Shown piece by piece: positions 1-12,000 of a stretch of DNA of 64,000 nucleotides. The position numbers were made by a program, and so were the translations under genes. Position 1 is the first letter of the stretch, and each line of letters begins with the position of its first letter. This stretch comes from Phaeosaccion multiseriatum (Eukaryota > Protista > Ochrophyta, other classes). Under the pieces are notes generated by a model, which saw nothing but the letters and a program-made list of their open reading frames with translations, had not been told where the DNA came from and searched no databases. The stretch covers positions 682,001 through 746,000 of the forward strand of contig OZ218965.1 of the NCBI GenBank assembly GCA_965112735.1, read 5' to 3'.

Positions 1-3000
1 GTGGATTCGTTTGGAGCAGCACTGGGCAGTGTAACGGGGCCGGAGCATCTTGAGCTTTATCCGACTCGCCGATCATTTCCTTGGTACAAGCCTCCGCTGG
101 CGTTTATGCCCAGTGGTGAGATGGTCCGGGAGGGAGACGGAATGCGGCTCATCAGCCCCTTCTCGCCTCACCTCAAGGACCTTCTCAAGGACCATGCCAT
201 CAACAATGTGGTGATCATTCCGGGGGTGACGTACATTGAAGTGGGCGTCGTGGCTGCTCTAGGAGGAAGACAGCTCGGGGTGGAGGAGCAGGTGGTCCTG
301 CAAGAAGCCAGCTTTGTGGTTCCACTGGAGATTGAGGGTTTCCAACAGGCCGGCACGGACCAGGCGCAAAGCCGCCATACAGTGATGTGTGCCGGGATGA
401 GTGCCCTCCACGCGGCAGATGGAAGCATGCAGTTCTTTGGAGGTGCCACGGGCGACAAGGGCACCACGGCAAGAATGAAGCACGTGTCTGTCTTGGAGCG
501 AAGTACGGCGCGTGCTTCGCTGCACGTGGAATCCATTCGAGCTAGAGTTGGCGAGCAGGACGTATCGAGTGAGGTCTACAAGACTTTCGCTTACGCCGGC
601 TTCCAGTGCGGCCCCCGCTTTCAGCGGACCCGCCACATGTACAGAGGGGACGGAGAGGTTCTGTCAGTCGTATGTGCCATGGACGAGGAGCTGTGCGAGC
701 CGTGGGAGATGAGGGGTTTTGCTCTGCACCCCGCGGTGCTGGACAATGCTACCCATGCCATCCTGCAAGCGCTGCCAAAGAAGCTGCTCAAGGAGGGGGG
801 GAGCTCTCCATTCCTACCCGCTGGCTTTGACGAGGTGATCGTTTCCGCCTCCATGACGGGAAAGAATGTGTGGGTGCACACGAAGCTGCGTGAGGTCCAG
901 TCAGTGGCGGACAGCGCAAAGTTCAACGTGGTGATTGCAGACTTCGACAGCAAGGAGGTGCTCGTGGAGATGCGGGGCTTCCGCGTGCAGCGGGCGAGGG
1001 TCTTTGTGCGCGTCAGCCCCGTTCGTCGTGCAATGTACGCATTGGAGTGGCAGGCTGCTGAACCTTCTACACAGGAGGAGGCCCCTGGTAGTGATACTGA
1101 CCCTGCTGAGGCGGCGGCGCCACAGAAGTGGCTGGTGGTTATTCCACAGGACGAGAGGGAGGGAGAGACTGCAATCATTGCTGCAGTGCAGCGCTGTGTT
1201 CGGGAGAACGTGCAGGTACACACTCGATATGGGGGGGTGGACGCCTCTTGGGATGATAGTGCTCTTCTTCTTGGAGAGGACGAGTGGGCTCGAGTCTTGT
1301 ATGTGCTGATACCCGGAGCTGGCGAGGAAGAAGCAGAAGGGTTCCAGCAAGCACGAGCGGCCTACGCTCTGTTATCGCTACTCAGGAACCTGTCCACTGC
1401 GTCGAGTGTCCCGCTGACAGTCTTGACGAGAGGCGTCCAAAGCGGCGAGGACTGGCGTGACAGTTGGGTGACTGGGCTGGTGCGGACTGCGAGGATGGAG
1501 TGCCCTTCCATGCAGATTGGTGTGCTGGACCTGAGTGACAAGGAGCCCCTAGACAGCGAGCTTGCCTTAGGCTTGGCCTTCCCTGCCACTGCAGAAGATG
1601 TGTGGGTACGCGATGGGCAGTGCTGGACGCCTCAGCTTGCGCACCCAGCTTTGGCTCTGCCGTTTTCCCTGGAGCTTAAGGCAAGAGGTAGTATAGCCAA
1701 TGCCTTTCTCCTTCGCGATGATGTTGATGTTGGCAAACATCGTCCTCTCGACCCGACCGGTAGCTATGTGGAGGTGGCGGTGAGGGCTGTTGGGCTGAAC
1801 TTCCGGGACGTGCTGAATGTGGTGAACATGTATCCTGGCGACCCTGGCGATCCCTGCACCGAGTTTGCCGGCGAAGTGGTCGGTGCGGAAGGAAAGTCTT
1901 GCTTCAGTGTCGGGGACGCAGTGTTTGGCTTTGCGGACGGAGGATGTTTGCGCAGTCATGTGACGACGAGTGATGTGTGTCTGGCCGTGATGCCGGCCGT
2001 GCTGAGCTTCGAGCAGGCCGCTGCTCTTCCTACCGTCTTCCTCACCGTGATGAAGGCCCTTGACGGCCTCAAGGCTCGAGAGAAGGTACTGATTCACGCC
2101 GCGTCTGGCGGTGTGGGCCTTGCTGCCGTACAGTATGCTCAGCGGGTCGGCGCGGAGGTGTACGCCACTGCCGGTGCTGCTGTCAAGCATGACTTCCTCC
2201 GGAGCTTGGGAGTGGAGCACATTGCGTCATCTCGAGACGCAGAGGCGTTCAAGCAGTCCATGGGTGAGGTGAAGGTCGATGTGGTGCTCAACTCTCTGAG
2301 CGAGGATTACATTCCCTTGTCCCTCGATATGCTAAGCGAGGGTGGTACATTCGTCGAGCTTTGCAAGCGAGGCGTGTGGAGTCCCGAGCAGATGCGCTCC
2401 GCCCGGCCCGATGTGAGGTACGAGCTACTGGCTCTGGACAGCATGGTTGAGTCTGACTTCGTGGCTCGGGAGCCAGGATGGATTAGTGGCGGGCTGCAGC
2501 ATCTGGCTGAAGACTGCATGTCTGGCAATGTGAAGCCCTTACCGACCATACCCTTTGACATGAGGGAGGGTACTGAGAAGGCCATGGCACTCATGAGCCA
2601 AGCGAAGCACATCGGCAAGGTGGTGCTGACCAACCCCTCGTATGGTGTGCCAGTCGTGTCGGATGGCACGTACGTCATCAGCGGCGGTCTGGGGGCTCTC
2701 GGCCTCGTGACGGCCCAGCACCTTGCGTCAAGGGGTGCTCGTCACCTTGTGCTGCTGTCCAGGAGTGGGAAGGTTGCCGAGAATTTGACTGAGCAGTGGC
2801 AGCGACTTCAAAAGACGTCGCCTTTGACCATCCACACTCCTAATTGTGACGTTGCTGATGCTGAGGCACTTCAGACTTGCCTTGCGGGCGTGCTGCCTCA
2901 ACTTCCCCCTGTGCGCGGTGTGGTACATGCTGCGGGGGTGCTGGATGATAAGCTACTGGGAGAGCAAACGGTGGAGAGCGTGACGAACGTCTTCCGACCC

Positions 3001-6000
3001 AAGGTGCAGGGGGCGATAAACTTGCACGAGCTTTCTTTGGCTTGGGCGAAGGAGGACGGGCGCACTCCTGGCCTTGACTTTTTCTTTTGCTTCACATCAA
3101 TGGCCGGAGTACTGGGCAACGCTGGACAGGCCAACTACGCTGCGGCGAACGCGGCTGTGGACGGGCTGATGCGGCACAGGCGACGCCTCGGGCTGGCAGG
3201 GACGTCATTGCAGTGGGGGCCGTGGGCTGACGTGGGTATGGCAGCCCAGCTTGACGTGGTTCAAAAGCAGTTGGAGCTTGCGGGTGTGGGCACGGTGTCA
3301 GCTGAGCTGGGCATGTCAGCTCTCGATGCTACTGCAATGCCGTCAGCGTCTTTGGGTGATGTGGCTGTCCTACCTGGCATGGACTGGGCCAAGTTTGCGG
3401 GCAGCTTGGGGGCATCCCGCAGATCGCCCCTGCTGTCAGGGCTAGTCTCAACAGCAGCAGGCCCGTCCAGTCACACCGAACTCAACAATGAAGTACACGA
3501 GGCGCTCTTGAGACTGCCTCCTGTTGAGCGACAGCAATCAGTGCGACTGGCGGTGCTTGATATGGCCAAAGACCTACTTGGAGAGGATGCCGAAGAGCTG
3601 GACGAGAATACTCCTTTGATGGAAGCAGGTCTTGACTCTTTGTCAACAGTGGAGCTGCGCGGCCGGCTACAGGCTCGCTTCGGGGTTGTAGTGACCACTG
3701 ACGTGCTCTTCGCTTATCCCACGGTAGCGGCGTTGGCAGTGTGGATCGAAGCGGAGGTGCTTGGAGAGATAGAGGAACCCTCTAGCAGTCGCTCTGCGGC
3801 GACCACTGCTGAAGCGCACCGCACTGACTCAAGGGCGCCGCTGGCCGTCGTCGGTATCGCCTGTCGCTTCCCTGGAGGGGTTAAGAGCCCCGAGGACTTC
3901 TGGGCCATGCTCTGTGCAGGGACAGACTGTATTGGAGCCAGCCCTGTTGGTCGCTGGGCCGAGGAGGGTCAACAGCGGTGGCAAGGGGGCTTCATTGATG
4001 GAGTGGAGGCTTTTGACAACACCTTCTTCGGCATCTCTGCGGCCGAGGCGGGTGCCATGGACCCTCATCAGCGCGTCATGCTGGAGGTGGGGTACGAGGC
4101 TCTGCACAGGGCGGGATACCGCAAGGATACACTACATGGCAGCAACACCGGTGTGTTCGTGGGTGTGTCCGGCAGCGAGTGGGGCTCAGTGGTAGACGAT
4201 GCGAACAAGGGCGCGTACTCCGTCATGGGCACGTCCAATGCAAGTCCAGCAAATCGGTTGTCTTACGTGCTGGGCCTTGGAGGGCCGAGCATGAGTGTCG
4301 ACACGGCGTGCTCGTCGTCATTGGTGGCACTGGAAGGGGCCTGCAGCAGCTTGCGGCTGGGTAAGTGTGACATCGCCCTGGTCGGAGGCGTCAACTTGCT
4401 GCTGGGTACACCGTCGTTCGAGGCCCTCGCCGAAGGAGGTTTCCTGAGCCTTGACTGGTAAGTGCGTGTCTCTTTTGTGTGCGTAGGAGCTTCTTCTTGG
4501 GGCCGCTATGAGAGCCAGATCAAACTGTCTCAAAGGCCCCTGTTGCTGATGTCTTCACTTTTGCAAACCCACAATTTCTCATGGTCAGGCGCTGTAAGAC
4601 GTTCGACGCTGCGGCCAACGGTTATGTTCGAGGTGAGGGCTGCGGCGCCGTGGTGCTGAAGCGACTGGACGATGCAGAGGCCAATGGGGACCACATCCTC
4701 GCTGTCGTCAATGGCTGCGCTGCGAACCACAACGGTAGAAGTTTGCGCTACACCGCCCCGAGCCCTACTGCTCAGCAGCGTCTGATGGAGCAGGCACTGG
4801 CGGAGGCCGGCTTGAGTGGTCATGAGGTTGATTACGTGGAGGCACACGGCACCGGGACTTCTCTCGGCGACCCCATCGAGATGAGTGCTTTGAGGGCCGT
4901 GTATGGCCGTGGCCGCGAGGAAGCTCGGCCCCTCGTGGTTGGGGCGGTGAAGACCAATATCGGGCATCTAGAGGGTGCGTCCGGAATCGCTGGCCTCATC
5001 AAAGCTCTGCTGGTCCTTCAGCACGGATCTGCTCCCCCAAATCTCCACATGAAGAAGCTCAATCCCGACCTTCGCTTGGATGGCTTTTCAGTGACTTTGC
5101 CGTCTGCCATGGTGCCACTGAGTGCCAAGGATGGGGAGAGGCGCACTGCTGCTGTAAGCTCCTTCGGTGCTGGTGGTGCCAACGTCCATGCGGTGCTGAG
5201 CAGCTTCGGACCGACGATGGCAGCGGAGGGCGAGAGGGAAGCCTTGCTGCGGCTGGATGGGCAGCAAAGCCACAAAATCGCTCCAGTGGCATTCTTGTTC
5301 ACAGGACAGGGCTCGCAGTACGTGGGTATGGGCAGAGAGCTGTACGAGAAGGAGGGCGTGTTCCGCGAGTGCGTGCAGCGGTGCAGTACGCTGCTCATGG
5401 AGCGGGCTTGGCTGGACAAGTCTGTGGTGGAGCTCATGTACCCTGCCGCCGCTGAGGACGGGGACGAGGAGGAGGAGGAGGAGACTGCACAAGCGCTGCT
5501 GAAGGAGACACGCTACTGCCAGCCGTGCCTATTTGTGCTGGAGTACGCCCTGTGTGAGCTGTGGAAGTCGGAGGGCGTGGAGCCGTCCATGGTGATGGGC
5601 CACAGCCTGGGCGAGGTGGTGGCGGCGTGCGTGGCTGGCGTCATGTCGCTGGAGGACGGGCTGATGCTGTCCGCCAAGAGAGGAGCCGCCATGCAAGCTT
5701 GCCCCGAGGGCAAGGGAGTGATGTTCGCAGTGAGGGCAGGCAAGGAGGCGACTTTGGCAAGCATCGACGCTGCGAGGCTGGCAGGTGAGGTGGTGCTGGC
5801 GTCGTCGAATGGACCGAGCGCGAGCGTGGTCTCTGGAGGTCGCAGCGCCGTGGACAAGGTCGTGGAGAAGCTCACGGCAGATGGGGTGGGCTGCAAGGCC
5901 CTGGAGGTGTCGCACGCCTTCCACTCCCCTCTGATGGAGCCCGCTGTACGTGCGCTGGAGGAGGTTCTGAGGCAGGTGTCATTCAGCGCCCCACGCATTC

Positions 6001-9000
6001 CCCTGGTGTCCAACGTGTCGGGTGAGGTGGTCAAGGCGGAGGAGGTGACGCAGGCGACGTATTGGATGCGACACATGCTGTCACCAGTGCTATTCGCAGA
6101 AGGCATCCACACGCTGGTGGAGCACTGGATGGGAGACGGGAGAGGCGCTGACCTGAGCATCATTGAGGTGGGCCCCAACCCTGTGCTGAGCAGTATGGGA
6201 GCCAAGTGCGAGCGTCGCGAGGGGGTGGCTTGGATCTCTTCACTCACGCGCGGGAAGAGCTCCGAGGATTCGTTTCGATTGGGTCTGAGCACAGTGCAGC
6301 AGCAGGAAAGTACGGGTAAGGAGCACAACCTGTTCCCAACGCGCAAAGCCTTTCCTTGGTACACAGCGCGAGCCACAGAGGCACCTCAGACGCGGAGTGA
6401 AGCTGAGCAGGGCCCGCTCTATGTCGTTGAGTGGGAGGCGATGGAGGTGCCCACGACGTCGCAGCAGGCTTTGCTGACCGGCAGCCTTCCGTGGCTCATC
6501 GTTTTGCCCCAGACAGCCGAAGGGCAGCACGCATCGAGCAACCACAGAGCCTTGGAAGCTGTCCAAAGAGCGGCGACAGCAAGTGGTGTAGAGGTGCACG
6601 TATTGGAGGCGATCGGTTCAGACGCGCAGCCCCGTGGGTCCCATCTCTTCTACTTGACGTCAGCAACGGGCTCTGCTACGGATGGGGCAATCCACTTTGT
6701 GCAAACTGTGCAGAGCTTAGACGGGGACGCGGCAGTGATGCCGATCACCGTGGTGACAACGGGTGTGTACAGCGGTGCTGGTTGGGAGGACAGCTGGGCC
6801 GTGGGACTGGTGAGAAGCGTCCGCCTGGAGCGGGGCGACCTCGATGTGAACCACATCGACCTTGAATATGCCATGTCTCCACAGTCTGAGAATGCTCGAC
6901 CTAGCGTAGAGGAGATGGAAGCCCAAACTGTCTCCCAGGCTGTGACGCTGGCTGCAGGAGCCCGAGACGGAGGGCGAGGTGTGGACCTGCGGGTTCGAGG
7001 GTGTGAGATCCTTGCTCCGAGGCTGGTGCCCAGTACACTCCATCTGACATCGGCAGGAGTCGATCGCTTCACGTGCAGGGAGGATGGGACCTACCTGATC
7101 AGCGGTGGTCTCGGGGGGCTGGGGCTGGCGACGGCGAATCACTTGGTCTGCCAGGGCGCTCGACACCTGCTCCTCCTATCTCGAAGCGGCCGGGCGGCGG
7201 AGGAAGTTTCAGAGCTGTGGCAGGCCCTGCAGAGCATGGAGAATATCACCGCTGTGGCCGTGGCCTGCGATGTGTCCGACATGCATCAGCTTCGAGACGC
7301 TGTGGCAACCGCTTTGGTGGGCTTGCCTGCCGTGCGGGGTGTGATTCACGCAGCAGGGGTGACTGGCGCAAAAGGGGTGTTGTCTGGCGAGACGGAAGAG
7401 AACGTGCGAAATGTCTTTGCCGCCAAGGTCCAGGGAGGCTGGAATCTCCACGCGCTCTCCCTTGAGTGGGCAGTGAGCGGCAGGGAGGAGATCGACTTCT
7501 TCATCTCGTACTCTTCGACATCAGCTTTGCTTGGCTTGTCCAATCAGGGCGCCTATGCCGGGGCCAACGCTGCTTTAGACGGGCTGATGCGGTACCGCCG
7601 ACACCAGCTTGGGCTGCCCGCTTCCAACCTGCAGTGGGGCGCATGGGGCGACGTGGGTATGGCTGCGCGGTCTGGAGTGACGTCACAAGCTACGGAGATG
7701 GCCGGAGTGGGCCTGATCTCATCGGCGCTGGGTATGAAGGCGTTGGATGCCGTTGTAAGCCAGACGCATGCCAACGTGCACGAGGTGGCGGTGATGCCGG
7801 ACATGATGTGGGAGAGGTTCAGAGCGAGCTTGGCCCCTGTGCACAGCTATCTCCTCGGGAAATTGACGGACTGCAGGGAAAGTGGTGATGCCTCAAAAGC
7901 CTACCGCGTCAATGCCGAGGTGCGGGAGGAGCTCCTGCTCTTGCCGGAGTCAGCACGGCGGGAGAGGATCGAGCAGATCCTGACGGACATGGCGGTCGAG
8001 TGCGTTGGCGAGAACTTCACCTTGGCACCAACGATGCCCTTGATGGAGGCCGGACTCGATTCGATGGCGTCCGTGGAGTTTCGCAATCGAATCGAAGCCT
8101 GGTGTGGTGTCACCGTTTCGAATGGCGCCTTCTTCTCGTATCCATCGGTGTCTGCAATGGCCGCGTGGCTCGAGGCCCAGATTCTTGAGGTCCCGCGTGA
8201 TGCAAAGCGTGAAGAGGTGCTGACACGACGGCGCTTGTCCTCGGACTCTCGAGCCCCCATCGCTGTCGTGAGTATGGCGTGTCGCTTTCCCGGCGGAGCC
8301 AACAGCCCGGAGCAGCTCTGGTCGCTGCTGTGCGAGGGCAGAGACTGCATCACGGCAGCACCATACGACAGGTGGGAGAGCAAGGCGGGCGAGCAGGAGC
8401 TGCAGGGAGGGTTCATCGAGGGCGTGGAGATGTTTGACAATGCCTTCTTTGGTATCAGTGCTGCCGAGGCAGAGGCAATGGACCCCAACCAGCGCCTCAT
8501 GCTGGAGGTGGCCTTCGAGGCCTTCCATCGCGCCGGCCACAGCAAGAGCAGCCTGCGGGGCAGCAACACCGGCGTATTCGTGGGCCTGTCAGACACGGAC
8601 TGGGGCTTCGTGGCGGGAGATGCTGCTCAGGGCACCTACGGTGGTATGGGCGTGACGGCTTCGAACATTGCCAATCGCGTATCCTACACTCTGGGTCTCT
8701 GCGGCCCCAGTGCGTTGATGCAGACAGCATGCTCGTCGTCCCTGGTGGCTCTGGACGCTGCTTGCAGCAACCTCCGCCTGGGCAAGTGCGACTCGGCGGT
8801 GGTCGGTGGCGTGAACCTGCTGCTCGGAAAGAGCACCTTTCAGTCCTTGATTGCGGGGACCTTCCTTTCCTCCGACTGGTAAGTCGCATCTCGTTGTGCT
8901 GTGGACGCGAAGAAGAAGTCTCTCGCTTGGACAGCTCGTTCTCGAGCTCATCTGTACTTATGCAATGAGAACTTCCCCACCCCACCCCACCCCCCCCTCT

Positions 9001-12000
9001 CCAATCTTCCACCTTCCTCCGCCTCGTCGCAGGCGCTGCAAGACGTTTGACGCGTCGGCCAATGGTTATGTCAGAGGCGAAGGATGTGGTGCCATTGTGC
9101 TGAAGCGTTTTGATGATGCTGTGTCCAGCGGGGACACTGTATTGGCGGTGATTGAGGGCTGTGCTGTCAACCACAATGGGGCCAGCGCTCGTCTGACCGC
9201 ACCCAGTCCTCTTGCTCAGCAGCAGCTCCTGTCTGCCGCTCTGACAGAGGCGGGAAGGGACCCCGCAGAGGTGAGCTTCGTGGAGGCGCACGGCACGGGA
9301 ACGGCGCTGGGAGACCCTATAGAGATGAGCGCCCTCAAGGCCGTGTACTGCGGACCGGAGCGCGGCGAGGAAAACGCGTTGGTGGTGGGTGCGGTGAAGA
9401 CCAACCTCGGACACCTGGAGGGCGCTGCAGGCATTGCAGGTCTCATCAAGACCGTACTGGTGCTGCAGCACCGCGTCGCCCCTCCGAACCTGCATTTGAA
9501 GGACATCAACCCGGGGCTGGAGCTCGCGGACGTCCCTGTGACGTTGCCTGCGAACATGGTGCCAGTGGGTAGAGGCGGGCACACAGGAGCGCTCGTTGCT
9601 GCCGTGAGCTCGTTTGGCTCCGGTGGAAGCAATGCTCACGCCGTGCTATCCGGTCCCAGAGCTGGGAGTACTGCCATGAATGTTTACGGAGAGGGCGTCA
9701 GCGTCAGGCATGATCTTGACAAGGACAAGGAGTCAGAGCGTGATGCATTGTACCCCACACGCCGGGCTTTTCGCTGGTTCAGGCCTCCACGGGCGTTCTT
9801 GCCGAGTGGCGAGCTGTCCCAAGAGGGAGAAGGAATGCGCCTCTCCAGCCCCTTCTCGCCTCACCTCAAGGACCTTCTCAAGGACCATGCCGTCAACAAT
9901 GTGGTGATCATTCCGGGGGTGACGTACATTGAAGTGGGCGTCGTGGCTGCTCTAGGAGGAAGACAGCTCGGGGTGGATCAGCATGTAGTCCTGCAAGGAG
10001 CCAACTTTGTGGCTCCGTTGGAGATTGAGGGTTTCCAGCACACGGGCACGGACCAAGCACAGAGCCGCAGTACTATTGTCTGTGACGGCTTGAGTGCTCT
10101 GTACGCGGCAGATGGAAGCATGCAGTTTTTCGGAGGTGCCAAGGGTGACAAGGGAACAACCGCGAGGATGGACTTCGTGTCCGTCACAGATGGAGCTGAG
10201 CCGCGTCACAAGCTCGATGTAGAGGGAGTCAAAGAACGCGTAGGGACGGTGGACTTGGCCCGCAGCCTGTACGAGGCAATGGCGGATGCCAACTTCAACT
10301 ATGGCCCTCGCTTTGAGCGGAATTTACAAATGTTCGCCAATGACGGAGAGGTACTATCGGTCGTGCGTGCTCTGGACTCGGAGCTTTGCGAGCCTTGGGA
10401 GGCGACGGGCTTTGCTCTGCACCCTGCGGTGCTCGACAATGCAACTCACTCCATGCTACACGCAATCCCACGCCAGCTGTTGGAAGAAAGAGGCGGAGCT
10501 CCATTCTTGCCCGTTGGTTTCGACGAGGCTGTCGTCCTCAGTGTCATCACAGGAGCAAAGGTGTGGGTGCACACGACGCTCACTGAAGTGGAAGCGAAGG
10601 GCAACAGCATCAAGTTTGACATCAAGATTGCCGATTTCGAGAGCAGCCAGGTTCTGGTGGAGATGCGTGGATTCCGCGCTCAGCGAGCGAGAGGCTTCGC
10701 TCGCTCCAATCCGCTTCGTCGGGCGATGTACACGCTGGAGTGGCAGGCCACTGAGTCAGCCGTACCTGCACAGCGACCTCATCATGATAGTGAGGCGGTG
10801 CGGCAGAAGTGGCTCGTGTTTAGTGCACAGGACCAGACGGAGAGTGAGACTGAGATCATTGCGGCAGTGCGGCGCTCTGTTCCAGAGGGCGTGGACGTAC
10901 ACCCTCGATACGTAGGGGTGGGCGGCTCTTGGGACGACGGTGCTCTTCTTCTTGGAGAGGACGAGTGGACTCGAGTCTTGTACGTGCTGATCCCCAGGGA
11001 TGGCGAAGAAGAAGCAGAAGGGTTCCAGCAAGCACGAGCGGCCTACGCTCTGTTATCGCTACTCAGGGGCCTGTCCACTGCGTCGAGTGTGTCGCTGACG
11101 GTTTTGACGAGAGGCGTCCAAAGCGGTGAGGACTGGCGTGACAGCTGGGTGATAGGTTTGGTGCGGACTGCGAGGATGGAGCACCCCTCCATGCAGATTG
11201 GTGTGCTGGACCTGAGCGACAAGAAGGTCCAAGACAGCGAGCTTGCCTTAGGCTTGGCCTTCCCCGCTACCACAGATGATGTGTGGGTACGCGATGGGCA
11301 GTGCTTGACGCCTCAGCTTACACGCCAGGCCCTGCAGCTTCCCTTCTCACTTGACTTGAAGGCAAGAGGCAGCATCGCCAACGCTTTCGCCCTTCGTGAT
11401 GATGTGAACGCTGGCAAGCATCGGCCCCTCGACCCAGCTGGCAGCTCGGTAGAGGTTGCAGTGAGGGCCGTTGGGCTGAACTTCCGAGACGTGCTGAACG
11501 TTCTGGATATGTACCCTGGTGACCCTGGAGATCCCTGCTCCGAGTTTGCCGGGGAAGTGATCAGTGTGGGAGGAAACTCGCGCTTCAGCGTCGGCGACGC
11601 TGTGTTTGGCTTTGCGGATACGGGATGTTTGCGCACGTATGTGGCGACAAGTGACGCGTGCCTGGCCGTGATGCCATCCGTGCTGAGCTTCGAGCAGGCA
11701 GCAGCACTTCCCACGGTGATCTTGACGGTAATGAGGGCCTTCCATGACCTCAAGGCTGGAGAGAAGGTGTTGATTCACGCCGCATCTGGCGGTGTGGGCC
11801 TAGCCGCTGTGCAGTACGCCCAGCGGGTCGGCGCAGAGGTGTACGCCACTGCCGGTGCTGCTGTCAAGCATGACTTCCTCCGGAGCTTGGGAGTGGAGCG
11901 CATTGCGTCTTCAAGAGACGCAGAGGCATTCAAGCAGTCCATGGGTGAGGTGAAGGTCGATGTGGTGCTCAACTCTCTGAGCGAGGATTACATTCCCTTC

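Noticed and set aside
8497-9639. Long antisense ORFs over the PKS (e.g. 8497-9639, 5513-6376, 14336-15409)
   Set aside because: Shadow ORFs of GC-rich coding sequence with no recognisable motifs.
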